DNA from: Haplodiscus bocki
Lineage: Eukaryota
NCBI GenBank assembly: GCA_965655095.1
Contig: OZ296655.1
Coordinates: forward strand, 27,528,001 to 27,592,000
Direction of reading: 5' to 3'
DNA length: 64,000 nt
Part shown: piece after piece, positions 27,501-40,360 of the stretch
Numbering within the stretch: position 1 is the first letter of the stretch
How the letters are laid out: each line of letters starts with the position of its first letter
Translations under genes and position numbers: made by a program
Notes under the pieces: model-generated
The model's input: the letters and a program-made list of their open reading frames with translations, nothing else
Database searches by the model: none
Told to the model about the DNA's origin: nothing

Positions 27501-30500
27501 GTTTGAAATGCTGGGAGATTAGTGTTGCTTTGAACTCTTTCTTCAAAGTCGGCTTGACAACGAGGTCAGCTTGTTCAAATCCATAGGATTCAATCAGGTC
27601 TCCATGCTCTTAAAGGTCCATTTGTTTGAATATTCTGACTGTCATCCTGTATTTGTCTTTGACATCTGTTGCAAAACAGTTTTTGAAATGAGGGGCTTGA
27701 AGAGCTTGGCTTTTGTCCTTAATGGTTGCGACAGGGCCAATGTGATAGTCAAAGTTATACATACAACTTTCCACATTTAACCTTAATAATCTCCCATGTC
27801 CCACAGGTCAGCATTATTTGGTGGGTCTTTCTCCTTTGCTAGCTTGTGGAAACTTGGCGAAAAAGTATCCAAGTTCGTTATCAGGGGCCATTTTTTTCTA
27901 GGGTGGTAATGGTAGGCTATAATGGCTACTAATCCCTCAGTTTTTACTTCTTGGGTCTTCTAATGGTCTAGGTTCAGTTGCTGTCCCAACCCTTTGGGTC
28001 TTCTCTAAACATTCTGATGCGTGAAAGATTGGGAATATTAGGGATTTTGTGACCTTGCTCAGTTCTAGGGCCGCTGAAGCTGACAATTCACCAATACATT
28101 TCCGAACTAACAAATGCAACTTGTCCGAAGGATGGATAGAACCTAATTTCCATTCAGTGTATCTTCTTTAAAAGATTTGAGGTAAGAATTCTTGATCAGC
28201 TTGATCGGATCTTTCATGTTGACCATATTGTTGATCAATCCATGTAAATATTTTGCCTCCACTGCACTCTCAACAGGAGCAGTTTCAATCATTTCGTGCT
28301 TCCACCGAAAGAATTAGCGGAGGCATTGGTGTGCTTGCTGATTAACTGTGTTTCCTTGAAACTTCATCTCATATGGATCCAGGAATTCTCGGAGGTAAGT
28401 ATAGACTGGGATGGATGAACCACATATAGAAACAGGTCATAAGGAACTGCATACAGTTGGTTGTCGCACATGATAAGTAATAGGTTCTTGTGGAGCCACA
28501 ATTTGTTTGAAAGACAATGATCACCGGATGGACATATCTGGTCGTACACCTGGATTAGATTCTTCAAATTCAATATCCCACATTTCAAATTGTATGCAAT
28601 GGCTAGCTCCTGTGGGAATACTACGGGGTGTTTTTTGGGAGCAGGCACGTCACAGTTGGATTAAAAATTTTCAATTATGTTTGAGTCAGATCTATAGCAG
28701 AGCGGATCATGTCATGGAGCTCGTTGGCTCTGAAATCAGGCTCCTTGATCAGAGCATTCACTTTTTTCAATCGCTCCCGCTTGACTGAGGAAGGCAGATT
28801 TGCTTCTTTGGTGGAACGTATGATCTTCTTGAAGGTGTCGGTGCATCAGATAGAGCGCGCTTGAACTGATTGGAGGGAGCACTGTAAATTGAAGCAGCGG
28901 CAGTGACTGAGTCTTACACTTGATGCATAATGGCACACTGACATTCTACAGAGAACTGGGTGTTTCTGCACTACTCAACTTAATAATTTTCTAAATTGGG
29001 ATACCGGTCTGCTGGCTGTTGGGGAGAATGATTGTGAGATGCAGTTTGTTCCAAGGTGTAAGGAGCATCAAGGTGTTCTCTTCTGTCTCGGAACTCATCA
29101 TAATAGTAGAATTCAGTCAATTGCTTCTTCACCCCATCAAACATCTTGTGAAACTCACTGACACCTGCAAGAATGTGGGTCAATGCGGGAGATTTTATGC
29201 CGATAGGCACGGCTTGGACAAAAATCTGCAATTGTACTGTCTGGATTAAAATAGGTCTCAACAATGGCATGGTAAACCTCTTCCTCCTCTTCAACTCTGC
29301 GAGAAACGATTAATTTTTGTTTTGTCTTTATAGAAGAGATGGTCAAACACCAGAAAATCGATGTGCTGGACGATGAAGATGTTCTCAAGACACCACCTTC
29401 AGATCCGCAAGCACAGTGTCTGAAAGATAATTTTTTTTCTTGTTGTAACGGGTGAGTGTAGATGATCCGGAAGTCTCCTCAGGCTTCAGAAAAAGCACTA
29501 CCCTGCACAGAATTTTCTCAGTTCGTTCATGAACTCAGTATTGTAATGTGATGTCAATTTCGAAACAACCCTGATAGCTAGAGTTACATCAATACCACAC
29601 ACAACGTTTTTCCCGGATGATGCATTGGACCCTGTGTAACTATGTATCTTCTTGAAGGCACTCACTTTCAATCCAGTCATCCATCCCCATATGTCCTGGA
29701 GAATACCCTCATTCCCTCCGAGGTGGCCAGTCCATGTTCTAGATTCTGTCTCTGGGGTCCCGGGAACATCAGATGCGGAAGGTGAATAAAAGCCTCCCTA
29801 CCGGTGAATTGGTTGGCGAAATGTCATACGACACCTCTCGATCAAGTGGTCCTACTGAAGTATGTCTTTTGCTATCCTGAAAAACGGCATTTCAAGCTCA
29901 AGCTGGAAGGAGAGGTTCCAAGGTGTAAAATCAATCTCATTGATAACCCATGACCGTGAGTATCAACTTTTTTGATAGTTTGTGAAACCGATGATTCAAC
30001 TGACCGCCAATCTCGGTAACAGGCTTGAATGAAGAACTTGGTATCATGTACTGGCGGAATTTTTTTAACACTGGCCATTGTCATTCGAGGTTTGAAATGT
30101 TGGGAGATTAGTGTTGCTTTGAACTCTTTCTTCAAAGTCGGCTTGACAACGAGGTCAGCTTGTTCAAATCCATAGGATTCAATCAGGTCTCCATGCTCTT
30201 AAAGGTCCTTTTGTTTGAATTTTCTGACTGTCATCCTGTATTTGTCTTTGACATCTGTTGCAAAACAGTTTTTGAAATGAGGGTCTTGAGGAGCTTGGCT
30301 TTTGTCCTTAATGGTTGCGGCAGGGCCAATATGATAGTCAAAGTTATACATACAACTTTCCACATTTAACCTTAATAATCTCCCATGTCCCACATGTCAG
30401 CAGCATTTGGTGGGTCTTTCTCCTTTGCTAGCTTGTGGAAACTTGGGCACAAAGTATCCAAATTCGTTATCAGGGGCCATTTCTTTCTACGGTGGTAATG

Positions 30501-33500
30501 GTAGACTACCATGTCTACTAATCCCTCAGTTTTTACTTCTTGGGTCTTCTAATGGTCTAGGTTCAGTTGCTGTCCCAACCCTTTGGGTCTTCTCTAAACA
30601 TTCTGATGCGTCAAAGATTGGGAATATTAGGGATTTTGTGACATTGCTCAGTTCTAGGGCCGCTGAAGCTGACAATTCACCAATACATTTCCGAACTAAC
30701 AATTGCAACTTGTCCGAAGGATGGATAGAACCTAATTTCCATTCAATGTATCTTCTTTGAAAGACTTGAGGTAAGAATTCTTGATCAGCTTGATCGGATC
30801 TTCCATGTTGACCATATTGTTGATCAATCCATGTAAATGTTTTGCCTCCACTGCACTCTCAACAGGAGCAGTTGCAACCATTTCGTGCTTCCACCGAAAA
30901 AAAAATAGCGGAGGTATTGATGTGCTTGCTGATTAACTGTGTTTCCTTGAAGCTTCATCTCATATGGATCCAGGAAACCTCGGATGTAAGTATAGACTGG
31001 GATGGATGAACCACAGATAGAAACAGGTCTGAAGGAACTGCATACAGTTGGTTGTCGCACATGATAAGTAATAGGTTCTTGTGGAGCCACAATTTGTTTG
31101 CAAGACAATGATCACCGGATGGACATATCTGGTGGTACACCTGGATTAGATTCTTCGAATTCATTATCCCACATTTCAAGTTGTATGCAATGGCCAGCTC
31201 CTGTGGGAATACTACGGGGTGTTTTTTGGGAGCAGGCACGTCAGTTAGAATAAAAATTTTCTAATTATGTTTGAGTCCGATCTATAGCAGAGCGGATCTT
31301 GTCCTGGAGCTCGTTGGCTCTGAAATTAGACTCCTTGATTAGAGCATTCACTTTTTTCAATCGCTCCCGCTTGGTTGAGGAAGGCAGATTTGCCTCTTCG
31401 GTGGAACGTATGATCTTCTTGAAGGTTGTCGGTGCATCAGATAGAGCGCGCTTGAACTGATTGGATGGAGAACTGTAAATTGAAGCAGCGGCAGTGACTG
31501 ATTCATACACCTGATGCATAATGGCACACTGTCATTCTCAACTGGGTGTTTCTGCACTACTCAACTTATTAGTTCTCTAAATGGGGATACCGGATTGCTG
31601 GCTGTTGGGGAGAATGATGGTGAGATGCAGTTTGTTCCAAGGCTACAGGAGCATCAAGGTATTCTCTTCTGTCTCGGAACTCATCATAATAGTAGAATTC
31701 AGTCAATTGCTTCTTCACCCCCTCAAACATCTTGTGAAACTCACTGACACCTGCAAGAATGTGGGTCAATGCGGGAGATTTTATGCCGATAGGCACAGCT
31801 TGGACAAAAATCTGCAATTGTACTGTCTGGATTAAAGTAGGTCCCAACAATAGCATGTTAAACCTCTTCCTCCTCCTGTTCAACTCTGCGAGAAAGGATA
31901 AAATTTTGTTTTGTCTTTATAAAAGAGATGGTCAAACACAAGAAAATCGATGTGCTGGACGATGGAGATGCTCTCAAGACACCACCTTCAGATACGCAAG
32001 CACAGTGTCTGAGAGATAATTTATTTTCTTGTTGTAACGGGTGAGGGTAGATGATCCGGAAGTCTCCTCAGGCTTCAGAAAAAGCACTACCCTGCACAGA
32101 ATTTTCTCAGTTCGTTCATGAACTCAGTATTGTAATGTGATGTCAAATTCGAAACAACCCTGATAGCTGGCGTTACATCAATACCACACACAACCTTTTT
32201 CCCGGATGATGCTTTGGACCCTGTGTAACTATGTATCTTCTTGAAGGCACTCACTTTCAATCCAGTCATCCATCCCCATATGTCCTGGAGAATACCCTCA
32301 TTCCATCCGAGGTGACCAGTCCATGTTGTAGATTCTGTCTCTGGGGTCCCGGGAACATCAGATGCGGAAGGTGAATAAAAGCCTCCCTACTGGTGAATTG
32401 GTTGGTGAAATGTCCTACGACACCTCTCGATCAGGTGGTCGTACTCAAGTATGTCATTTGCTATCCTGAAAAACGGCATTTCAAGCTCAAGCTGGAAGAA
32501 GAGGTTCCAAGATTCAAAATCAATCTCATTTATAACCCGTGACCGTGAGTATCAACTTTTTTGATAGTTTGTGAAACCGATGATTCAACTGATCGCCAAT
32601 CTCGGTAACAGGCTTGTATGAAAAACTTGTTATCATGTACTGGCGGAATTTTTTTAACACCGGCATTTATCATTCGAGGTATGAAATTTTGGGAGATTAG
32701 TGTTGCTTTGAACTCTTTCTTCAAAGTCGGCTTGACAAGGTCAGCTTTTTCAAATCCATAAGACTCAATCAGGTCTCCATACTCTTTAAGGTCCTTTTGT
32801 TTGAATTTTCTGACTGTCATCCTGTATTTGTCTTTGACATCTGTTGCAAAACAGTTTTTGAGATGAGGGGCTTGAGGAGATTGGCTTTTGTCCTTAATGG
32901 TTGCGGCAGGGCCAATATGATAGTCAAAGTCATACATACAACTTTCCAAATTTAACCTTAATAATCTCCCCTGTCCCACAGGTCAGCAGCATTTGGTGGG
33001 TCTTTCTCCTTTGCTAGCTTGTGGAAACTTGGGCACAAAGTATCCAAATTCGTTATCAGGGGCCATTTCTTTCTACGGTGGTAATGGTAGACTACCATGT
33101 CTACTAATCCCTCAGTTTTTACTTCTGGGGTCTTCTAATGGTCTAGGTTCAGTTGCTGTCCCAACCCTTTGGGTCTTCTCTAAACATTCTGATGCGTCAA
33201 AGATTGAGAATATTAGGGATTTTGTGACATTGCTCAGTTCTAGGGCCGCTGAAGCTGACAATTCACCAATACATTTCCGAACTAACAATTGCAACTTGTC
33301 CGAAGGATGGATAGAAACTAATTTCCATTCAATGTATCTTCTTTGAAAGACTTGAGGTAAGAATTCTTGATCAGCTTGATCGGATCTTCCATGTTGACCA
33401 TATTGTTGATCAATCCATGTAAATGTTTTGCCTCCACTGCACTCTCAACAGGAGCAGTTGCAACCATTTCGTGCTTCCACCGAAAAAAAAATAAGGGAGG

Positions 33501-35696
33501 TATCGATGTGCTTGCTGATTAACTGTGTTTCCTTGCAGCTTCATCTCATATGGATCCATGAAACCTCGGATGTAAGTATAGACTGGGATGGATGAACCAC
33601 ATATAGAAACAGGTCTTAAGGAACTGCATACAGTTGGTTGTCGCACATGATAAGTAATAGGTTCTTGTGGAGCCACAATTTGTTTGAAAGACAATGATCA
33701 CCGGATGGACATATCTGGTCGTACACCTGGATTAGATTCTTCAAATTCAATATCCCACATTTCAAATTGTATGCAATGGCTAGCTCCTGTGGGAATACTA
33801 CGGGGTGTCTTTTGGGAGCAGGCACGTCAGTTAGAATAGAAATTTTCTAATTATGTTTGAGTCAGATCTATAGCAGAGCGGATGTTCTCCTGGAGCTCGT
33901 TGGCTCTGAAATTAGACTCCTTGATCAGAGCATTCACTTTTTTTCAATCGCTCCCGCTTGACTGAGGTAGGCAGATTTGCCTCTTCGGTGGAACGTATGA
34001 TCTTCTTGAAGGTTGTCGGTGCATCAGATAGAGCGCGCTTGAACTGATTGGATGGAGCACTGTAAATTGAAGCAGCAGCAGTGACTGATTCATACACCCG
34101 ATGCATAATGGCACACTGACATTCTCAACTGGGTGTTTCTGCACTACTCAACTTAATAGTTTTCTAAATGGGGATACCGGATTGCTGGCTGTTGGGGAGA
34201 ATGATGGTGAGATGCAGTTTGTTCCAAGGCTACAGGAGCATCAAGGTGTTCTCTTCTGTCTCGGAACTCATCATATTGGTAGAATTCAGTCAATTGCTTC
34301 TTCACCCCATCAAACATCTTGTGAAACTCACTGACACCTGCAAGAATCTGGGTCCATGCGGGAGAAAATTTTATGCCGATAGGCACAGCTTGGACAAAAA
34401 TCTGCAATTGTACTGTCTGGATTAAAGTAGGTCTCAACAATAGCATGTTAAACCTCTTCCTCCTCCTCTTCAACTCTGCGAGAAAGGATAAAACTTTGTT
34501 TTGTCTTTATAAAAGAGATGGTCAAACACCAGAAAATCGATGTGCTGGTTGATGGAGATGTTCTCAAGACACCACCTTCAGATCCGCAAGCACAGTGTCT
34601 GAGAGATAATTTTTTTCTTGTTTTAACGGGTGAGGGTAGATGATCCAGAAGTCTCCTCAGGCTTCACAAAAACCACTACCCTGCACAGAATTTTCGCAGT
34701 TCGTTCATGAACTCTGTATTGTAATGTGATGTCAAATTCGAAACAACCCTGGTAGCTGGCATTACATCAATACCACACACAACGTTCTTCCCGGATGATG
34801 CTTTGGACCCTGTGTAACTATGTATCTTCTTGAAGGCACTCACTTTCAATCCAGTCATCCATCCCCATATGTCCTGGAGAATACCCTCGTTCCCTCCGAG
34901 GTGACCAGTCCTTGTTCTAGATTCTGTCTCTGGGGTCCCGGGAACAACAGATGCGGAAGGTGAATAAAAGCCTCCCTACCGGTGAACTGGTTGGTGAAAT
35001 GTCATACGACACCTCTCGGTCAAGTGGTCCTACTCGAGGATGTCATTTGCTATCCTGAAAAACGGCATTTCAAGCTCAAGCTGGAAGAAGAGGTTCCAAA
35101 ATATAAAATCAATCTCATTGATAACCCGTGACCGTGAGTATCAACTTTTTTTGATAGTTTGTCAAACCGATGATTCAACTGATCGCCAATCTCGGTAACA
35201 GGCTTGTATGAAGAACTTGGTATCATGTACTGGCGGAATTTTTTAACACTGGCATTTATCATTCGAGGTATGAAATGTTGGGTGATTAGTGTTGCTTTGA
35301 ACTCTTTCTTCAAAGTCGGCTTGACAACGAGGTCAGCTAGTTCAAATCCATAGGACTCAATCAGGTCTCCATGCTCTTTAAGGTCCATTTGTTTTAATGT
35401 TCTGACTGTCATCTTGTACTTGTCTCTGACATCTCTTGCAAAACAGTTTTTGAGATGAGGGGCTTGAGGAGATTGGCTTTTGTCCTTAATGGTTGCGACT
35501 GGGCCAATATGATAGTCAAATTTATACATACAACTTTCCAAATTTAACCTTAATAATCTCCCCTGTCCCACAGGTCAGCAGCATTTGGTGGGTCTTTCTC
35601 CTCTGCTAGCTTGTGGAAACTTGGGCACAAAGAATCCAAATTCGTTATCAGGGGCCATTTCTTTCTACGGTGGTAATGGTAGGCTATCATGGCTAC
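3573..35696 (-). pseudogene. L: Twelve further full copies plus one LTR-truncated copy of the viral L pseudogene fragment
   Basis: Approximate copies: 3573-6072, 6155-8663, 8746-11245, 11328-13836, 13919-16430, 16513-19026, 19109-21533, 21616-24123, 24206-26708, 26791-29298, 29381-31887, 31970-34476 and 34559-35696 (truncated). All carry the motif A-D region, with stops and frameshifts. Confidence 0.88.
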
Positions 35697-36190
35697 TGTA
35701 ACATTCCATGTTACGATCGGAATGCTGAAAGCATGTCCATATGAGAAGAACGCCCATTTAAACTCAAAACTCCTAACCTCCCACTCTCTTAATCACCCTT
35801 CAATCATTTAATGACGCCACATTCTTTCGATGAACTTCAAATTTTAGAACTTATCTTAGAGTCAAAATGATGCTTAATTTAGATAAATATGTCAGATTAC
35901 GGAAATACCTCATGATTTAAATTGTCTCTTATCATTATCTTCGGCACATATAAATTTTGATATATAACAAGCGGCGACGCAGTACAGAAAAGTTGAATTC
36001 AAAAATCTGCAAAACTAACCAATTCTTCGAAAGCTTGAAGAGTTATAGAACAGATCACTTGTAGCAAGTCAAACCGCGGGACCTCGCATCCAAAAAGAAC
36101 ATTGAATCTGAAATACTTTGAGATTACTAAATACCCGCTCAGGCTTAAGGAAAACACTACGAAACACAGAAGACGACGTGCGATCTTAGA
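35697..36190 (+). repeat. Putative 5' LTR (~494 bp)
   Basis: Begins TGTAACA exactly where the satellite sequence is interrupted and ends ...CTTAGA (probably a decayed ...TTACA) immediately before a PBS. There is no second copy in the window, so the end is inferred from the PBS. Confidence 0.7.
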
Positions 36191-36204
36191 TGGTGACAGG
36201 AGTG
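36191..36204 (+). promoter_or_regulatory. Primer-binding site, tRNA-Leu-like
   Basis: TGGTGACAGGAGTG matches the typical tRNA-Leu PBS TGGTGTCAGGAGTG at 13 of 14 positions and lies between the putative LTR and gag. Confidence 0.7.
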
Positions 36205-36632
36205 TGCGACGACGAGCTACACTGTGATCATCTACAACGACAACTGAAGAATCTGGACTGCTGGTCTAAAATAGAAGCAGCAGGACGATCCTGACAAAAC
36301 CAGAAAATTGGGAACTCTACTTCTATTGGGAAATACAAACGACACTCTAGCCCAACACTAGTGCAAAGATGAAGCTGAAAACGATTTTGGTTGCCTGTAA
36401 GTTTCACATTCCTTCTTTTCCTAGAGAGTTTTAGAAGCAGTAAAATCATCTCAATTGAAATCATCGCTTTAACTTAGAGCGCCGAAGTAGTAAATTTATT
36501 TTGAGGTAGTAACTACTAAAATTCCCGTTTTTCTAAATTGATTCATTCCGTCATTCCTTGTCTGTAGATTTTCGATCCGCTCAAATAAGCCCGTCACTCT
36601 TGAATTTTCGAAAACCTTGGTAATTTGCAAAA

Positions 36633-37880
36633 ATGGCAGCAGCAGCTCAATCTACAGTAAGCCTACCAAAATACGCCGGAAGTTCAACAGACAACTGGAC
36701 AGATTTTGAATCTTTATTCCGTAGTATAGTTGAAGTTACAGGAATTGCTGATGCACAACGAGTAGAATTTTTGAAACTACACTTAAAAGACTCAGCATTA
36801 CAATTTTTCCACACACTAGACCAAAAATCCAGAGCAGACTTAGAATTAACATTAACAGCGTTGAAAAATCATTTTTGCAATCCAAACTTGAAAGAAATAC
36901 ATCATATCAACTCAGAAAATATTAAATTTAATCACAAAACAGAATCACCGGAAGAATTTTTGCTCAAACTTCAAAATTTAGCTCTGAAAGCTTATCCAAC
37001 ACCGGTTGATATACCAGTAGCACCTGTAGATGGAGACGTACCAAATGACCAGGACAGATTCGATCGAAAAACACGAGAAAATCAAAATTTTTGCGCAAAT
37101 AGAAAGAGAAAGACATGTAATTCGTCTCTTCAAAAAAGCAATGCCAAACTTCATCAGATTAAAACTTCTGGAAGAACCAGAGGATGCAACTATCCAAGGA
37201 TTATGCACAAAAGCAAGACAAAAACTGATTCTTAGAGAATTATGTCCAGTTGACGATTTGTCAAGAGACGGATTTAATGAGATGAGCTCTGAAAATTCAA
37301 AAATTTCTAACGGTTCTCACAAAAATGTCTGAAAATCAAAACTCCCTTGAAAACAGATTTGATGCCTTGACGCAAAAGCTTAATTCACCGCAACAAAATT
37401 CATCAAATAACTATAAGGACAATGAACAACAAACTTGGCGAGGGAATTTCAGAGGCCGAACGTACCAAAATAGAGGAAACCGAGGATATTCAAATAAATC
37501 AAGGATATCAAAATCGAAGCTATCAAAATCAAGGATCGAATAATTATCAAAACAACCAAGATCGCGGCAGATATGGTAATAATTTAAATCGAGTAGGCTA
37601 TCGAGGGAGAAATAACTTTAGAGGCAATAATGGAGGAAACTTCTCGAATAACTATAACAATAATTTCACTAACAACAATTTTCAGCAGCAAGGATATCAA
37701 AGTAACGAAACAACATTAAACACTGGAAATTCAGGAGGGCATATTGAAACTACTGCATTTTCACAAAAAGTTTGCTATGGTTGCGGTTATCCAAATCATA
37801 CCTCTCGAAATTGTGAAGCTAGAGGAAAAAGCAGTACCAGAGGTGGACAAATACCGTTCAACTCGCAACCAAAAAACTAA
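36633..37880 (+). pseudogene. gag: gag (frameshifted): capsid-like N-terminus, N/R/G-rich region, CCHC zinc knuckle
   Basis: ORF pieces 36633-37235, 37030-37332, 37325-37543 and 37422-37880. LPKYAGSSTDNWTDFESLF...LKLHLKDSALQFF is a retrotransposon-gag pattern. CYGCGYPNHTSRNC (37773-37814) fits CX2CX4HX4C. Confidence 0.88.
37871..37877 (+). promoter_or_regulatory. -1 programmed ribosomal frameshift slippery heptamer A_AAA_AAC at the gag/pol junction
   Basis: gag ends CCA AAA AAC TAA. The pol ORF (37928) is in the -1 frame relative to gag, and the heptamer fits X_XXY_YYZ. Confidence 0.72.
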
Positions 37881-37927
37881 TAAAGCCACACACGTCAGCC
37901 AGTCCATAGAAAAACATTAACTTCACT

Positions 37928-39265
37928 ATGCACACCAGAGATAACATTTTAGAAACTTCAGAACAAGTAACGCACCCAGAGAAGACTCTAACCAATAAAA
38001 ATGAATGGTTAGAAATGAAATTAATGTTGGAAATTAATGAAGTTATTCTGCTTGAAGGAGAAAACCTCATGTATATTCCATTGAAATCTGAAAATAAGTT
38101 ACGCAGGAGAGCACTAATCGACACAGGGGCATGTGCAAACGCAATGCCAGCGGATTTTTATACAAAATTGAAACAGGAATCCCCTAATTTCATTTCCGAA
38201 TTACAACAAGCCTCATTTTTGAATGTAAAACTAGCCTCTGGGCGAACAGTAAAAGTTTTAACTCAGGTGGATGTTAAATTCAAAGTTAATGACCACAATT
38301 TTCAAGATAGTTTTCTGATACTTCCTTCAATGAATAGTGTTGTTCTAGGGAACCCGTTTTTCAAAAAATATAATATTGAAATCAGTCCTGGCGAAAATCT
38401 TTTGAAACTGCCAGAAATGACTTATCAGCTCAATGAGATAGCAATACCCAAGGAAGGAAGACGCAAAATTCCAAAAAGTAGATATCCAGTTTTTATGTGC
38501 CAAAAAACAACTGTCAAGCCTCAAAATCAAGAAATTCTCTACACACAAATAGAATTTTCAAAAAATCTTGAAGTACACATAGGAGCGATAATTCCACTTG
38601 AAGAATATGAAAATAGTACGGAGTTGAAACTGTCATCATCTGTTGTTACAGTCGGAAAAGACAATATCGTATCCATATTAGCTCTCAACCTCAATGATCA
38701 TTCAATAACCTTTCCGAAAAACAAACAAGTAGCAGTTTTCCAAATTCTTTCACCACAAGAGGAAGAAAAACTGATAGACATTGGACCGGAACTCCTAGCG
38801 CTGGACAAAATGAAAAACGGTGAACTTTTGAATCAAATAAATCAATTTTTACGAGTTAGAAATAACAGAAGTAGCCGACAGCCCAAACGTCCATCGCCTG
38901 AGTACGATAAAATTTGGTTTCCGACCCCAGAAACATGTCAAAACCCGGAAAATCTACCCCTACTTCAGAGGGAAGTTTTCGATAATATTTCTGAATTACA
39001 ACAACGCGATTCACTTCATCCGCAGTCTAACGAAAAAGATAAAGAAACATTTCTGAAACAGTTCGACTGGTTAAAATCATCATTAAATGCAGATCAGATT
39101 GCTGAAATGCAACATCTTTTGATTGAATATTATGACACTTTTGCAAAGCATCGCTTCGATGTTGGTTATAATACAGAATTGAAAGTGAAATTAACACCGG
39201 CACATGATTTACCAGTCTATGTTCAAAGTCCGCCAACACCAATTCATTTGAGAGATGAAATCTGA
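37928..39265 (+). pseudogene. pol: pol part 1: aspartic protease, possible dUTPase-like spacer domain, start of RT
   Basis: ALIDTGA catalytic motif and VVLGNPFF flap-like motif; in frame with 39281 across a single TGA. Confidence 0.9.
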
Positions 39266-39280
39266 GTTGAATTAGCCCTA

Positions 39281-40333
39281 ATGCAATATTATGGCATTGT
39301 CACACTTTTACCAAATTCTAACTATAGCAGTCCAATGTTTGCACAACGCAAGCCGTCAGGGAAACTGAGAATATTAATCGATTTGAGGCGTGTTAATCAC
39401 CTCCTTCGAAATGATTACAGCGATAACAATTTCCCAATTTCAAATATGACATACGCCGTTCATCATTTTGCAGGAAAGACCTTGTTTACCAAGTTAGATT
39501 GTTCACAAGCTTATCATTGCGTTCAAATGGCTGACCCCTTGTCAGTCCAACTCTTCTCATTCAACTTCTCTTCTAGAACAAACGCCTACACGAGATTAGC
39601 TCAAGGATTAAACAAATCAGTGACAGGATTTAGCTCATTTGTCAGATCTTATCTTGACTCTTGTCTTGCAGCTAATTTATGTACACAGTATATGGATGAT
39701 ATCGGATGTGGAGTGGAAACATTTCAACAAATGATTCCAACTCTTGGACAAATATTTGACTGTTTGAGAAAATCAGGACTCCGATTGACACCACATAAAT
39801 GTGAACTTCGAATGACCTCAATTAATTTTCTTGGCAATACAATAACACCTCAAGGACTAAAACCTGTAACGGAGAAAATCGAAAATTTTCTGAAAACGAT
39901 GAAACTACCAGCAACAGTGCGACAAGTGAAACGCGTGGTAGGATTTGTCCTATTTTTCCGTTCATTTTCACCAAACTTGGCACAAAATTTGATGCCGTGG
40001 TATAAATTATTACGCAAAGACGTTGAATTTGAACTACAAGATGACCATTTGAAAAGTTTTGAAACAATAAAGAAAGACTTGTTACAAGCAACGAAAACAA
40101 CCCTACAATTAGCAAAACCAGGACAACAATACGTAATCCTATGTGACGCTAGCTACTACAGTAGCGAATTTGTTTTAATGATAGAAGATTACTTAGTAGA
40201 AAAGGATGGAAAGAAAAAACAAGCGTATGCACCAGTCTCCTTTGGTTCACAATTGTTCAATACAAGTCAATTGAAAATGTCTACATACTGTAAGGAATGT
40301 TTGGCACTGTATTTTGCTCTAGAACATTTCTAA
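39281..40333 (+). pseudogene. pol: pol part 2: reverse transcriptase and RNase H
   Basis: YSSPMFAQRKPSGKLRILIDLRRVN, KLDCSQAYH and YMDD (39689-39700); RNase H ILCDAS and KECLAL. Confidence 0.95.
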
Positions 40334-40360
40334 CACTTCATTTGGGGTGCAGAAAAACCA

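Larger units (their letters stand above)
1..35696. repeat. Tandem macrosatellite, ~2.59-kb monomer, ~13.8 copies (array 1), derived from a negative-strand RNA virus L gene; may continue left of the window
   Basis: The marker ORF MTGLKVSAFKK starts (minus strand) at 1289, 3872, 6454, 9045, 11627, 14218, 16812, 19408, 21915, 24505, 27090, 29680, 32269 and 34858. Spacings are 2582-2596 bp, with one of 2507 bp caused by a deletion. The array stops abruptly at ...GGCTAC|TGTAAC (35696/35697). Confidence 0.98.

Noticed and set aside
1-35696. The many 60-120-aa ORFs as independent small genes or a tandem gene cluster
   Set aside because: Minus-strand ORFs are frameshifted pieces or off-frame shadows of one L pseudogene. 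Plus-strand ORFs are antisense shadows that appear and vanish with single SNPs.
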